Assembly (NCBI GenBank): GCA_025558095.1
Contig: JAIVFI010000019.1
Coordinates: 248,001-312,000, forward strand
Source of the DNA: Hyaloraphidium curvatum SAG 235-1
Lineage: Eukaryota; Fungi; Monoblepharomycota
Reading direction: 5' to 3'
Length of the DNA stretch: 64,000 bases
In this document: in pieces, positions 1 to 13,225 of the stretch
Layout: each line of letters starts with the position of its first letter
Numbering within the stretch: the first letter of the stretch is position 1
The notes under the pieces: generated by a model
The model's database searches: none
What the model was told of the DNA's origin: nothing
Seen by the model: the letters and a program-made list of their open reading frames with translations, nothing else
Translations under genes and position numbers: made by a program

Positions 1-379
1 GAGATTGTGTCTGCGACCGCGTGTTGCGCTGGCTCGCATGTGCGTTCGCCATCGAGGGGGCCGGCGGTCCGTCGCGGGACCGGAAGTAGCACCTTCTTCC
101 GGCGTCTCTTGGCCGTACGCAAGACGTTTATCTTTTGCACGCGTTCTCGAGGGCGGTTCTGGCCTTTGCTTTCAGTTGAAAGTCATCCCTCGGGATGGGC
201 ATCCGAACCCTCTCCATAGGGGCGCGTGTCATATTTGGCGTCGAGATCCAAAAAGGGAGCACTTTTGCTGGTCGAGATAATCTCTCTCTACTGGCTCTTT
301 CCCGTTCCCTACATCGCTACGCGCTCGTCCTGTATGTGACTTCAATGGAATATAAACCACACGCCTTTTCGAATCAAAG

Positions 380-960
380 CTACTCGATTTTGTGATCGTA
401 CGTGATCCACATCGTCCGAGTTGCAACCTTGTCATACATCCCTCGTGCGCGGTAGCTGGGGAGTGGGAAGGTTGGGCATTGCTTCCGCCGACTTTGCAGC
501 GCACCTACTTGTTGTCAGCCGTGATCCACCGGATCACGGACCAGCCCTTCTCCTTGCCGATCGCAGCCACGGCCTCGATGAGCTTCTGTCCGACGCCGCC
601 CGCGCGCTGTGCGGGGTCCACGAACAGATCGTCAAGAAAGCCGCCCGTAGTCGCAGACAGGGGCCTCGAGAAGGGCCTATAATGGGCCAGTCCGATCGGG
701 ACGCCCGCCTCGTCTAGAGCAAGGAGCCCCTTGACCTCGTGGGCTGGATCTTGAATCCAGCCCCAGACGCGCTCCCGCATCTCCGGTGTCTGAGCGACTT
801 TGTAGAACTCCGCGTACCCTGCGAGCATAAGGGCATCGCGATGAGTAAGACTTCTTGCTTCTACAAGTGGAACAAATCGTTTCCCACCCGCGTACAGCTT
901 GGACCACGCCGCGAAGTGCTCCGCTGTTGCTGGCACGATCTTGACGGTCACGGCAGCCAT
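380..960 (-). CDS. GNAT-family N-acetyltransferase (3 exons)
   Basis: Spliced product MAAVTVKIVP..YAEFYK..GLAHYRPF..GFLDDLFVDPAQRAGGVGQKLI..WITADNNYRARGMYDKVATRTMWITYDHKIE*. Acetyl-CoA-binding motif A is present; two short GT-AG introns. Confidence 0.9.
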
Positions 961-1322
961 CGCGCTTCCAGATATCCCGCGACGGTTCTAGATCGAGCAA
1001 AACAACTAGACGTAGGTAGACGTCGGCTCAAAAACTGCCAGCTACGTGGATTCAAGTGGGCAAACGGCGGCGCGTGCTTCCGCTGCTGATGCATGTGGGG
1101 CCCCGCGTCCCAACTGTTTCACCACACACACTAGCGGCCCACTGCGGCCAGCGAGCCGCGCGGCGCTCTGCTGAGCTCCTCGCAGCCAAAAGCTCGGCGA
1201 CTGCGGTAGCCGCGGCCCCAGCCGGGTCGCCGTGCTCGCCGAGCGCCGAGATACGCACTCGCGCGACTGTCGACCCCGCGCTGCCCCGTGGATTGCCGGC
1301 CGCCTGAGAAGCGCACGGCCCC

Positions 1323-4300
1323 ATGCTCACCGTCGAGGAGGGTGTCGACATGAACGACGAGCCGGTGCGCGCGCGGCCAGCGCGGAAGCGCAAGGGCGTG
1401 GCACGGCTCGAGACGCCCGCCGACGACGACGAGGACGTGGAGATGGCTTCGCCGGTCGAAGACGACCGCCGCGATGAGCAGGAGGACGACGATGAAGCCG
1501 ACGACATCGAGGAGGTGGGATCTGTCGCCTTTTGTATCTCGGGAACTCCGCTCACGCGTCCGCTGGCGGTCCGCCGGTCGGCCCATTAGGAGCGGCCCCG
1601 GAAGCGCTTGAGGAAGAGCGGAGCTGTGCGGAAGCTCGAACCCACGCCGGAAGAGTCGGACCCCGTGACCGATGGCGGCGAATCGGAGGACGAGGAGGGC
1701 GGTGGCCCGTCCCAGGGCGCGAAACCGCGGGCTCCGCGGGCAAAGCGTGATGGGGGAAAGAAGCTTTCCAAGCCTTTGGTTGGTGTCTCATTTGCTTGTG
1801 CTTTACTTCCGGAGCTCTGCTCACTACTCTCCATCAGTCTGCGGGTGCCGCGGGCACCATTGGGCGCATTCAGCTCTACAACATCATGTGCCACCGCAAC
1901 CTGGAGGTCGATTTCATCGACAAGGTCAACTTCGTGACTGGGCAAAACGGAAGTGGGTGTTCAAATTCGCGTACCGATCGCGATCTCACGGTCTGGCGCG
2001 CAGGTGGCAAGAGCAGCATCCTCGTGGCTCTCACGCTCGCCCTCGGTGGCAAGACCCGCGCCACGAGCCGCGGTGACTCGGTCAAGGACGTGCTCTATTA
2101 CGGGCAGAGCTGGGGCGAAATCGTCGTCTACCTCCGCAACGAAGGGGAAGAGGCGTACAAACCCGACATCTTCGGCAAGCACATCCGTGTCGTCAGGAGG
2201 ATGACCACCACGAGCACGCAGTACAAGCTGCAAAACGCCGAAGGTTGGTTGTTCTCGGCTCATGTGCGCCTCGAGTCCCTCATTTGCTTTCGGCAGGCAC
2301 GACGATCTCGACAAAGCGGTCCGACCTGCAGGATCTTCTGGACCACTACCACATCGACGTCTCCAATCCGCTCTGCGTCCTGACCCAGGAGATGGCTAAG
2401 CAGTTTCTCGCAAACAGCTCCGACGAAGACAAGTACAAGGTCAGAGATGACGGAGCCCGACGTTCGGCGCCTCGCTTACGCTCCGTTCCCGGGCAGTTTT
2501 TCCTCATCGGCACGAACCTGGCCAATCTCAAGAAGGACATCGGCCACATCAAGGACCGCATCCACTCCATTCTTGGCAGCCTACCCGACATGAAGGCTCA
2601 CCGGGATCAGCTGGGCAAGAAGAAGACCGAGCTGGAGCGTCGCTTCCAGGAAATCGAGGCCAACAGGGGTCTGGAGGAGCAGATCCAGCAGCTGAAGAAT
2701 CAGTTGGCATGGTCTGAGGCTGCGGAAGCGGAGGATGTGGGTGGTTCGCGGCCACTGAAGGCACGGAACTAACAATCTCGTCGTGCAGGCTTACCAGAAC
2801 AAGGTCGAGGAGGAGCAGAAAGCGCAGGATAAGGTTGCCAGGCTGGATGGCAGGATGGGAGAGTACCAAGTATGGCCTGAGTCGCGGTCATTCCCGATCC
2901 GCACCTGATTGCTTTTCCAGGACACCTTGGCACCTTTGGACGAGAAGATTGCTGGCAAGGACCAGGAGCTGAGGGAGCTCGACGGCGAGAAGTCGCAGAA
3001 GAGGGGCCAGGAAAGGACCCTGAAACAGGCGCACGACGCGGCCACAAGCAAGCTTGCGGAGGTCGGAGGCGAGGTCAGGGACATGAACTCCACGGTCCAG
3101 AATCTCAAGAGCCAGCTGCGAGACATCGAGAAGGCGATTCGCGACACCCAGGAGAAGGTTGCGGGACGCAACCGGTGAGAGGCCTTGCGACTCGTCAGTT
3201 GTGTGCAGGATTCACGAGTTCCCAGTGAGCACCTGCAGCGCTTGGAAGACCAGCGTCAACGTCTCGAGACGGATCTGGAGCAAATCGTTGCTGAGCTCGA
3301 GGCGGTGGGTCGCTCTGTGACGCACAGTCTTTTCAAATGAACCTGAAGCGTTCGTTCCCCAGGCCCAACAATCGAGGCCGGCAATCGAGGCGGAGCAGCG
3401 GGGTTTGCAAGGGGAGTTGCGTGCCGCCGAGGACGAGCGGGCCCGCCTCGTGGATGAGATCCAAAGGCTTGAAAACAACCTGCGGGCCGCCAAGCCGACA
3501 AATGACGACGAGTTCAGCATGTTCGGGACCGGAGTGACGAAGGCCGTCAGGGAAATCGAGCGCGAGACGAGATGGCGGGGCCAGAGGCCCATCGGACCCT
3601 TGGGGAGGCACGTGCGGCTGATGGATCCCGAATGGAAGCGGGTCATCGAGGGCAACTTGAATCAGTCCCTTAACGCTTTCATCGTGGAGACCAAGCACGA
3701 CGAAGATCTGCTCCGATCGATATTCCGCAGGCACAATTGGTGAGTGCGTGCCATGGCGGCTCACGGGGACATAGCTGAGCAATCTGAGTAGCCGCTCGGC
3801 GATCATGCGGAGCAACAGAGGGCCGATGCCGATCCAAGAACCCGCAAGTCACTTCACCACGGTCCTGCGTGTCCTTGAGGTTCGTTAATTGCGCAGGCTG
3901 AACATGGATCCCGCTCATCGCCTTGGGCAGTTCAACGATGAAATGGCGCGGAAACTGCTCATCATCAACCACCGGATCGAGGCTCTGGTCCTCGTCAAGA
4001 CTCGGAGGGAGGGGCAGCAACTGTACGAGAGCAACGGTGCCAGCTACCCCCAAAACGTCCTCGCCATCATCAGTCAAGACAACTACCAGATCGGCAGCAC
4101 GTGAGCAACATCGCCTGTGGGCGGACAATTAAAGGGTGTTCTGGTCTGACGTCCAAAACGCCTCGCAGTCGCGGTGGTCACATGACCACGTCGATGCCCG
4201 AGTACCACGGCGCCGTCAGGGTGTTGAAGCCTACCGAACGCGACACCGCCGAGATCGAGCATGCCTTGCACAATGCGCGTTCGAGGTTGGCACAAGCGGA

Positions 4301-5921
4301 GCATCATGTCCAGCAGATCGAACCTCGGAGACGGCGTCTGCAGCAAGATTTGCAAGTCGCAACCGTAAGTCGTAGTTAGTTAAATCAGAAGCGGGACCGC
4401 TCCTTATGCTTATGTTCAGACCAAGATACGTGAGCGCGAAAGGCAACGGGGCGTACTGGAGCGCGAGCTGGCGTCGCTCCGAGAGCAGCTGTCGGAGCGC
4501 ACCGAGACGGCCAACGTCGGAACCCTTCTCGAGGAGAAGGAACGAATCAACTCCGAACTGGACACGTTGAAGGCCCAGAGCGCATCGATCATCGAAAGGC
4601 AACGAGAGCTCGAGGACGAGGAGAAGGCTGCAAAAACGAGACTTCAGGAGTTCCGGAGCCAGTCCGGGGATGTGGACGAGCGTGTTCGGCAAATCGAGGC
4701 GGCCAAAGCTAAACTGGTGCAGGAGCGCAGCAAGATCGACAGCACAATGAAGCAGATGCAGACCAAGAAGACGGAAGCCGAGGCTTCGTTGGCAGATGTT
4801 CGGCGCCAAGTCGAAAGCGCGCGCGCAACCATGGAGGTTGGCATTGCCTGTTTCGAATGTTGACCTCAGGCCTGAATGTTGCCTCGCAGACCAAAGTGGC
4901 GCAAGCTACTCAGTATTGCGCGCGGGTCGAGGTGACCAAGACAAAAGATCAGCTCAACAGGGACATTCGCGACAAGGAGATTCGGCTCAGAGAGAAAACC
5001 AAGCTGTGAGTCGTGCTCGTTTCCGGCTTCGGCACTTTCTCTGAACATTCGCTAGGCTTGGAACGCGAGAGCAAGTTGAGCGAGATCTCATCAATGCCCG
5101 GACGTCCGCGGACACCGCAGCCAAGCGGTATCAACACATGAAAGAGCTCACCAAGGTAGGTACTCCCTTCTCTGCATTAAAAACAGCCTGACGGCCTCTG
5201 CCTAAGGTCTTGGATGAGTCCATGCACAAGCGAGTGAAGCGATGGCGGCAGTTCCGGCAGTACATTTCGACAAGGGCGAGCCTGTTCTTTTCGGACAACC
5301 TTCAGAAGCGCGGCTACTCTGGCAAGCTGGAGTTCAAGCACGACGTCAGCGATGGAGAAGGGTCGGTGGGCCCCGGGAAGCTCATCCTCAAGGTTTGTTC
5401 GTGCCTCGGGACCCTCGGCCGGCCGTGAGCTGACTCTTCGTTGGGCACAGGTCCAAACGGACCAGAGCTCGAGTCAGAACGTCGGATCCTCACGGGCAGC
5501 GAACACGCTGTCCGGCGGAGAGAAGTCGTTCTCGCAGATTTGCCTCTTGCTTGCTTTGTGGGAGGCTATGAGCGGGCCCGTTCGCTGCTTGGACGAGTTC
5601 GACGTCTACATGGTAGGTTGTTCTCAAGTTAGAGTTTCAGGGTTTGGCTGATTCGTTGCTCGCAGGACTCCGTCAACAGGAATGTGAGCATGAACCTTCT
5701 GACTGAGGAGGCCGCGAAGTCGGACAACACGCAGTACATCTTTATTACGCCTCAGGACATGAAGTGAGTAATGGTCTCCGGTTTCGGCGAGACTGAGGCT
5801 CATGCGCAACTCCCTCAGCGCCCTGAAGCAGCTCGGACCTGGCAAACTCAAAGTTTGCCGTTTGCCGGACCCCGTCCGCGGCGGACAGCAACGGCTCAAC
5901 TTTGGGGCAACCCAAGAGTGA
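1323..5921 (+). CDS. SMC6: Structural maintenance of chromosomes protein 6 (multi-exon)
   Basis: N-terminal Walker A ([25 protein letters not shown]), coiled coils, hinge (PIGPLGRHV), C-terminal [37 protein letters not shown] typical of Smc6. Start codon uncertain. Confidence 0.93.
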
Positions 5922-5966
5922 TTTGCCTCTCTTTCTCGGTGATACCATGGATACCAGGGATACCCT

Positions 5967-7196
5967 CTACTTCCCATGTTCGCTGAAGTCTTTGAAGATC
6001 TGTTCATCCGATAGAGTTATATCTTCGAATCGCGAACGAGATGTCCGCACCTACCGGTTCCCTCTTGGACAGAATCGCATCGATGCCCTCGGCATAGTCC
6101 TGCATGGCGTACCTGCGCGAAACGCGATTCAGGGCGCTGACCAGACGCGGGTCGGCAGAACGTACCCGTGAGCCTGCGAATCCGCCTCGCGCTGCAGCGC
6201 CCGTTCCAGCCCATCGTCAACCCTCATGCGGAGTGTTTTGGTCATCCCGCGCACCGCAACCGGGCTGGCTGCAGCGACTTTGCGCGCCAAGGCCACGCCA
6301 GCGTCGACGACGTCCTCGGCCGGATGCAGAGACAGGAAGAGGCCGTACTTAGCTGCTTCCTCGCTGGAAATCAATTCGCCGGTGAGGAGCATACGGGAAG
6401 CTGCCTGCGGGCCAACGAGGATCGGCAGGGTGTGCTGGAGGCGGTCCGCGTTTGTACCTTTTCAACAGCGACGACACCAAGCCAAAAACCCACCGATCCC
6501 GCCATTCCCGAATGCATGCCGATGCGAGCAAAGTTCAGCCCGACTTTTGTGCCTGCAGCGCCCACCCGCATGTCGCAGAGAAGCGCGAGGCAGAACCCGG
6601 CGCCGATAGCCATGCCGTTGACCGCCGCGATGACGGGCACTTAAAACGGACCACGAAAAGGAAACAGTTGTTGGCCACAAGCAAGGCAGAGGGCGAAACA
6701 GGCCCACCATCCAGTCTTCGCACGGACATGAAACGCTCGTAGAACTTGCTGGGAGACGTCGGGCACGGAGTTGAGCGCGAGTCCAAAACGTCAGCGAAGA
6801 GAACCCTGCGCACCGCATGATCTCGGCGTTCCGCTGCGGAGGCGTCGTCATGCGGTCCTTGAGGAACTTCATGTCCCCGCCGGCCGAGAACGCCCTCCCA
6901 GCTCCCGTAAGCACCACCGCCCGCACGCTCTCGTCCGCCTTCAACACCTCCACGACCTCCCGGAACTTGTTGCCCATGTCCTCGGTGAGCGCATTGAGCA
7001 GTTTCGGCCGGTTGAGGGTGATGGTCACGACGCCCGTGTGCTTGCCGTCCGCAGCCTGGTCGCGGGTGACGGTGACCGCCTCGTCGCCCGTCGAGTACGC
7101 GCGGACGGGAGACTTCAGGGTTGCAGGGGCAGAGGATGCCGTCCGCAACGCCGCGACGGCACGCGGTGCCGAACGAACAACGCCGAACGCGAGCAT
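5967..7196 (-). CDS. Enoyl-CoA hydratase/isomerase (crotonase) family protein, probably mitochondrial
   Basis: ITLNRPKLLNAL, VVLTGAGRAFSAGGD, PVIAAVNGMAIGAG crotonase motifs; Arg/Ala/Ser-rich presequence-like N-terminus; spliced end ..YAEGIDAILSKREPIFKDFSEHGK*. Confidence 0.9.
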
Positions 7197-7617
7197 TTTG
7201 CGTGAGCGAGGAAGTCGAGTGATGGGCGCCCGAGTCTTCCTCTTCCTCTGACCAGTCCACGACGACCGATGTATTCGACGATAGAGATGACTGACGATGC
7301 TTCTGCAGCTCAATAGTCGCGATTCGGTGTGCACGGCCGAGAATCTTGCGGGCATTTACGCCGCAGCGAGACATAGAGCGAAGGTCTCGAGCGGGAAAAG
7401 TACACGCGTGGGGCGGACGGAAACGGACGAATAGATCGAAGGACGTTTCATTGCCGGACATCTACAGTCGCTGTTGCTGCCCATTGGGGAGCGTTCGCTT
7501 GTTTTTCACGCGTCGATGCTCGCGCTCGCGCGCCAGCGCGGACATCAAAACGGCGAGCCGCGCTCACCACCCCACAGCGGGCTGCCTGGAGCCGCCGCTC
7601 ACGTCGCGTTGCCCACG

Positions 7618-9071
7618 ATGGGCAACGACATGGAAGTCGACCGGGCCGACCCGACCGCCTTCATCCGGAAAACGCGGTCGGAAGCGCCCGACAGCCTGAA
7701 GCAGCTCTTCACGCGTTTCGAGGAGCTGTACGACCGGAAGTGCGTCGCGGAGGAGCAGGATGCCAGATCCACACCCTTACGCGGGCATTCGCCAGGCTAT
7801 GGCACCAGCTCACGGTCGCGCTGGAGAAGTTCGTCGACATACCCGAGGCGGCGCCGTACCTCATACCCGTCTACGAGAACTTCATCTCCGACTTTGAGAA
7901 GAAGATGAACCAGCTGAGCCTCGTGCAGTACATGGTCAAGGCCAGCCGCGAGTTTTCCGGTGGGCCGGACGGATCTCGGATCGAGCAACCTTCTGAACAC
8001 GCTCGCAGATCCCGCCGAGTCCCTGGCATTCCTTTCGACGAAGGCCGAAAAGCTCAAGGACTCAGCCGATGATTTGCCCGCGCATATTCTGGCCACCATG
8101 GAGGCGGCACATTGGCAGCTCATTACGGGCGACGCGGAGAAGTGCAAGGAGTCGATCGACAAGTGCGAGAAGCTGCAGGAGCAGCTCCCCGGGGTCGAGC
8201 CCGTCATCAACGCGAGCTTTTACCGCGTCAGTGCCGATTACTACAAGGTTCGGGCCTTTACATCTTCGTTTCCATGACGCGTCGTGACCCAGTCCCGCAG
8301 GCCAAGGCGCAGTTCCTCCAGTTCTATCACTCTTCCCTCCTCTACCTGTCCTCAGTTCCCGACATGTCCGCTCTTCCCAAAGCCGAGATCTTTGAGCGCG
8401 CTCACGATCTCGCACTTTCCGCCCTTCTCGCTGAAGGCTTGTACAACTTTGGGGAGCTCCTCATGCACCCCATTCTCGACACGCTGACGGGGACGGACAA
8501 GGATTGGTTGCGGAGGCTGCTTTTCTGCTTCAACAGCGGTGACATGGACGCTTTCGACGCGATAGCTGCGAGCCCCGAGTTCAACGCGGAAGTGGGACAA
8601 TCATGCGCCCATTCGCGTCTTCTTCTGACCACCGTCCGGCAGGAAATCCTCCCCGCTTCCGTTCCTTTCCTGCGACAAAAGCTGCACCTCATGACGCTCA
8701 TCGAGACGATGTTCAAGCGGACCAAGGAGCAGCGGGGCCATGTTCCCTTCGAGGACGTTGCTCGGGAGACGCGCGTTGCTATGGACGAGGTGGAGCACCT
8801 GATAATGAGGGCACTGAGTCTGGGTCTGATTCGGGGCAAGCTGGATGAGTTGGAAAAGGTCGTCAATGTGGGTTCAAGGTACTCTCGTGGTTGACGGCAC
8901 CTGATTTGCCGCCCCGTCTTTGCTCAGATCACGTGGGTTCAGCCGCGGACCTTGGACCGGAATCAGATTGCCACCATGACGAAGGCCCTCGATGAGTGGT
9001 CGGGCCGCGTCAAGGAGCTGCTCGTGGAGCTGGAGAAGCAGGAGGCGGGCGCGGAGCTGCTCGTGCAATAG
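7618..9071 (+). CDS. RPN9: 26S proteasome lid subunit Rpn9/PSMD13
   Basis: YDRKLWHQLT, ALLAEGLYNFGELLMHPIL, PCI domain VEHLIMRALSLGLIRGKLDE..ITWVQPR. Confidence 0.93.
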
Positions 9072-9253
9072 CGGCCCTGTGCCAAAATGCTCATTCAAAC
9101 GATGAATTGAAGCTCAATACCACGCATGACATGATCACAGCAGAAGAAATTTCTCGGAAAGCGCAACCTGCCCGCAGGGCTACCACCTCAAGCCCCCAGA
9201 ACATCTGGATTCGGGACCAGAAAGTCCGCCGAACCGTTTCCACCACCGACAGC

Positions 9254-10412
9254 TTAATGAACCTCCAAAATCGAGGCTTCAACGATCTCCAGCGATCGCC
9301 GCGAAAAAGCCTTCACGCTTTTGTAGATGGCAAACAGCGTTCTCACGGCGCCGACGATGATGAAGACGGCCATCACCACCGTCGACAGCTTCGACTCGCC
9401 GTTCTGACCGCCGCCCCCGACCCTGACCACGCCGAACCGCGGCACGGGCCCCAGGGGCCCGGTCAGGAACGAGATGAGGAAATTGAAGGCGCCCAGGATC
9501 CCGACGAGCATGAAGCCCGCGAAGAAGTGCGTCGTGTCCAGCCGGAACAGGCTCAGCCTCGTAGGGTCGAAGATAAAGAGGCCGTCCCAGAAGTCGACCC
9601 CGTCCTCGGGCTCTGCCGGCGGGGCGCCTTCGATCTCCGTCGGGTTGAAGTAGAGGTAGGTCAGAAGGAGCAGCTTGGTAAGGAAGCCGGCCAGGAAGAC
9701 GAGCACGGCAAAGAGGAAGAGGGTGAAGAGGGTGATGGTGACCTCGCTCATGACGACGTTGGCCCACCACGTCCTCCGAAACGCGAAGCGGTACTTGCAT
9801 TGGTCGCACTGGTAGAAGGACTCTTGCCGCACCCCCTTGCGTCTCCACTCGTTCAGGCAGTCTAAAGTGGGGAAATCAACTCTCCGTCCGCCATCGCTAC
9901 TTCCAGCAATACCCACTGATGTGAACGTAGCGCATCGTGCCCTTGCAGAGGCACGGCGAGAAGAGCCTCCCCAACTCGGGCTCCTCCTCCACCCCGCCGA
10001 AGCAGATGCGGCACAGCTTGTCCTCAGACGGGGAAGCGGGCGACGGTTCGGACGGTCCGCCCTCCGCGGCCGGTCCGGCGGAGCTCCCAGTATCAATGTG
10101 CGGCGCAGCGTCCGATGCCGGAACGTCGGCCGCCGGTGCCACGGCAATCTCGTCCTCGGAAACATCGTCCTCCTCGGCAGCACCACCGGAACCGCTGTCC
10201 GAAGCGACAACATCCTCGGACCGCTCCTCGTGGTCCGCACCGGCGGCCTTCCGGAGCCGGGGGGACCTCCTGGGCCCCTCCGTTTCGAATTCCGCGTCCG
10301 ATGTTCCGCCGGCAAAGTATCGCGTCCGCCGCCGCCGGAGTGCCTCCAGCGTGGGCGCATCGTCGTCGGAGTCAGCCGCCGCGGGGCGACGGAGGGGCGC
10401 CGTCGCCTGCAT
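9254..10412 (-). CDS. RING-CH (RINGv/MARCH-like) membrane E3 ubiquitin ligase
   Basis: CRICFGG..LFSPCLCKGTMRYVH|CLNEWR..CDQCKYRF C4HC3 RINGv motif split by one intron, followed by several hydrophobic TM segments. Confidence 0.88.
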
Positions 10413-11267
10413 CGCGAACCGGTTGTGGACGATATGCGAACTTGCTGACACAGCGGGAAGCAGGCGTCACTCGCGTGGCACGGAGGGAAATCATCGACTT
10501 CTCTTCACGCTATCGTGGCAAAGCAAATGAGAGTGCAAACTGAGTGCAGGTGCTCGCGGAAGCAGGTCGAAGATGCTGTATGTGGAGAAGAAGCCACGGC
10601 AGGCGATCAGAGCAAGGGGGGAACGAGGCTGGGAAGGCCATTCTCATTCCGACGATTTCCGAAACGACCTGTAGAAAGCGAGCAGCAATCTGCGCAACTC
10701 TTTACTGCTCGCGTCCGCACGGCGTCCAGACGCCTGCGATGACGCGGTCGCCTACTTGAAATCTCCCCACGGCTGTCCAAGAAGGCCGCTCCAACTGATC
10801 TGGCGCGGTTTCCCTTTGCCGGGGTACAGATTGAACGCGTCACGAAGATGGATGACGATGGAGGAAGCAATGCCGCGGATGGTGGCAACGCCCTGGGGGC
10901 GGCACGGGGGATACCAGTGTATTCCCCCTACGGGCTCGCCGCGGGGCGCAAGGCGCCAATCGTATGCGTTACGTTACAGATGCGATGATCGCGCCCGCAA
11001 CCGGCGCCTTGCCGTGCTGGCATGCCGATGGCCGTTCGGATGATCATCGGTCCGTCGCGGGAAGTTCGCGGTCGACTCCGCCGCCGTACCGCACCGCACT
11101 TCGCGGAGGATTCGCCCCCATTCCGACGGCCCGCGGGCCCGCAGCGCCTTCGACCGCCCGCCCCCGCCGCTGACCGCATTTCCGCGGCGTCCCCGCGCGG
11201 GCGAGCCGCCGCGCCGAAGCGCCGCGCAGACCCCTGCTCTCCTCATCAGTCGCCGAACCGCCGCGGG

Positions 11268-12828
11268 ATGGACTCGCCGCCGAAGGAGTCGCCGAAGCCG
11301 CGGCGCTTCGAAAACCACGTCGTCGTCTCGGACTCGGACGTCGAATCGGAGGCGTCGGCGCCGTCCGAGCGGGACGCCCTCCTTGCCTCCGCCTCGTCCC
11401 GCACACGCACGGGCCGGCGCTCGAGGCGGGCCTCGGATTCCTCGGCGTTCTACCAATGTGACGACCAGCACGGGGCTGTGGGCGGTCCGGACAATGCGAA
11501 GGCGAAGCGGAGGCTCTACATGGCCCTCGCCTTGTCCCTGACCTTCTTCGTGGTGGAGCTGGTGGTCGGCATCCTGTCCGGGTCGCTGGCCCTGCTTTCG
11601 GACAGCTTCCATTTGCTGTCGGACGGTGCGTTTCTTCCTAGCTCGAACTGTGGTTGAAATCTCACCTCTCACCCCGCCAGTCGCCGGCTTCGTCATCTCG
11701 CTCGTTGCCCTGCACCTCGCCGAGATGCCCGCGACCTCGCGCTATTCATACGGCTTCCACCGCGTCGAGATCCTCGGGGCCATCCTCTCGACGTCGCTCA
11801 TCTGGGCGCTCACCGCCGCTCTCGTCTACGAAGCCGTGGGGCGGCTGCGGAACCCGGTCGATATCGACGGGCGGATGATGGTGATCACGGCCGCGATCGG
11901 CGTGGGGGTCAACATCCTGCTGGCCGTCATCCTCGGCGGCCACCACCACGGGCACGACCACGGCGGCCACGAGGGCCACTCGCACGGGAAAGAGGCGGGC
12001 GGGTACGGCGCCATCGAGGAGGGTCGAGGGCACGCCGAGGATTCGGGGCATTCGCACGGCGACCACGCGGAAGGGGAGCACGACCACGATCACGCCCATG
12101 CGGACGGCAAGGTCGACATCAAGGCGAGCAAGGGTCACGAGAACATCAACGTCTCTTCCGCCGTCGTGCACGTCATCGGGGACATTGTCAGCTCCGTCGG
12201 CGTGCTCATCGCCGGCATCGTCATCTACTTTTACCCTCACATGACCATCGTCGACCCGATCTGCACCTTCCTCTTTTCCGTCATCGTGCTCTTCACCACC
12301 GTCAGGATCATCAACACAACCGTGCTGGTACGTTGCTTTGCAGTGTGTTTCATGCGACTTTTGTTCAACCGCGAACGTGCAACCTCCCGCAGGTCCTCAT
12401 GGAGTCGACGCCGCATGACATCGACCCCGAGCAGCTCTCCAACGAGCTGCTCGCCATCCCCGGCGTCGTCTCGTGCCACGACCTGCACCTTTGGTCGCTG
12501 ACGGTCGGCAAGCCGGCCATGGTGAGTTCGAGTTGACGGCAACGTCGAAACCTGCTCACCCGTCCACCCCCTCTAGTCGGTCCACCTCGGCTGCTCCTCC
12601 GCCACCATCGAGGAGTACAACCGCATCCTCTCGCACGCGCAGCACCGCGTCTGCAGCCGCTGGAACATCCACCACACCACGATCCAGCTCGAGGCCGCCG
12701 CCGCCGAGGAGGACGAGGAGGGGCCGCCGGGCGTGGTGCGGCGCAAGACGTTCACGGCGCACTGCGCGCCGGCGGTGTGCTCGCCGGCTCCGGCGATGCA
12801 GGGGAACGGGAGCGGGGGGAGGAAGTAG
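11268..12828 (+). CDS. Cation diffusion facilitator zinc transporter (SLC30A2/MTP1-like)
   Basis: SGSLALLSDSFHLLSD, YSYGFHRVEILGA, His-rich loop, HVIGD, IVDPICTFLFS, HDLHLWSLT..HHTTIQLE. Confidence 0.92.
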
Positions 12829-13225
12829 CCTGGAACGAAGCGTGTGGAAGGTCTGTATCTCGGAGGGAGTTGCTGTGTCGTCAGTAGTGAATGAAATGGG
12901 AGCAGTCCCACGATCTTTTGGAGTTTTCCAGGAGCCTTGGAACCAGCATCTTTGGGGCAGGTCGAAACTCGAGTGAAGGTGTGCTGCATGGCGCGCCGTC
13001 GACGCTGGCGTAGACGCCGAAAACACCCCCGACTCCGGGTCGTTCCTCGCCCCACCGCGCGTCCTCCGAGCCCAGCAAAGCGGCGTCCGGAGCACGTTGT
13101 CGACAAAACAGCGCGGTCCGGGGGCGGCGCGGCCCGTGGGTCGCCGAAGGTGCGTTGTTTGCCCCCTCCCCGAAGTCGCGGACACCTCGAAGCTGACCGT
13201 GGTGCCGCATCGCAGGTTGTGCAGG

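Noticed and set aside
1-230. 3' end of an upstream gene
   Set aside because: Short open frames exist but no recognisable motif; frame and product cannot be assigned.
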